The notes below the pieces were generated by a model that was given only the letters and a program-made list of their open reading frames with translations, did no database searches and was not told the DNA's origin. A program made the translations under genes and the position numbers. A stretch of DNA of 64,000 nt from Squalus acanthias (lineage: Eukaryota), in assembly GCA_030390025.1 (NCBI GenBank), contig CM059432.1, forward strand, positions 76,014,001-76,078,000, written 5' to 3'. Below, piece after piece: positions 63,260 through 64,000 of this stretch. Every line of letters starts with the position of its first letter. The first letter of the stretch is position 1.

Positions 63260-63971
63260 GGACCGTAATTTCCGATAGGAGGCTTCCTGCGTGCGGATGC
63301 CTCCTAGCGGAAAAAAATCTACGCCCTTACCTGAGGGCCCCTGAGGTCCGGACACTTCCGATGCTGGGCCTCTCCACAGTCGAATGCGCAGGGCCCACTT
63401 TACCTGACGAAGGAGCAGCGCTCCGAAAACTCGTGATTTCAAATAAAACTGTTGGACTATAACCTGGTGTTGTGCGACTTCTCATTTTGACAGATAGACC
63501 TGTCAAAAGTATGAATGGAGATCACCCCAAAAAGACACTAAAACATTAAATACATTTTTAAATGAGTTAAAATTACATTAAATTAAATATTTTAATCAAA
63601 AATTTAATTTTTTGAAAAAAATAATTAAAGTTTTTTACGGGGCTAAAAATAAACTTACCTTTTTTAAAGGTATTTTTAAATTATAAATGAGTGAAAAAAA
63701 TATATTTTTTAACTTTTTTAAACTCTTATGCTGGTAAAAGCAAGTCTTATGCCTGCTTTTACCAGGCGTAGATTTCTAAGGGTTTTCAGCGGGCGGAGGT
63801 TCTGCAGAAAGTGGAACTCTCCCCCCGCAGAGGCCCTTCTCTAGGGCAGGCGTGCAATCTATCAAGAGCATTCTTGACAGATCGGAAATGCCGGTGAAAC
63901 CGGCATTTCCGATGTCCCTACGGGTGTGTAGACAGCGCGTACACACCCGTAGGCATCGGAAAATACCGGCC
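63260..63971. mobile_element. Harbinger-type MITE upstream of TTPA, containing a Penelope end fragment (~63396-63486)
   Basis: TIRs GGACCGTAATTTCCGAT / ATCGGAAAATACCGGCC; ATT duplication. Confidence 0.8.
63400..63436 (+). ncRNA. Minimal hammerhead motif variant
   Basis: TTAC-CTGACGA-A-GGAGC-AGC-GCTCC-GAA-AACT-C-GTGA; helix III palindrome broken. Confidence 0.6.
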
Positions 63972-64000
63972 ATTGCTTCCCATTTTGTTTCCATGCCTGT

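Overview
This is vertebrate genomic DNA, most likely from a cartilaginous fish (inferred from the repeat repertoire: CR1, L2, RTE, DeuSINE, Penelope). One host gene spans almost the whole window on the minus strand: TTPA (alpha-tocopherol transfer protein). Coding exons 1-4 are at 62843-62628, 39709-39556, 31643-31450 and 3229-3119; the last exon lies beyond the left edge. The large introns (about 22.9, 7.9 and 28.2 kb) are almost entirely nested transposable elements. The main signal is a PIF/Harbinger DNA-transposon set. It includes one apparently intact two-gene element (46426-50680; TIRs, TAT target duplication, 386-aa DDE transposase and a convergent 3-exon 459-aa Myb/SANT partner), two decayed full-length relatives, several remnants and about ten Harbinger-type MITEs, most with 3-bp target duplications. 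The Myb partners share a C-terminal AT-hook plus RRS-x-R module. The MITEs are rich in perfect AGGTAAGT splice donors, often facing inward. Penelope-like retroelements contribute minimal hammerhead-ribozyme motifs, including a head-to-head inverted pair in TTPA intron 2. Old-repeat boundaries are approximate, and all family assignments are by eye without database searches.
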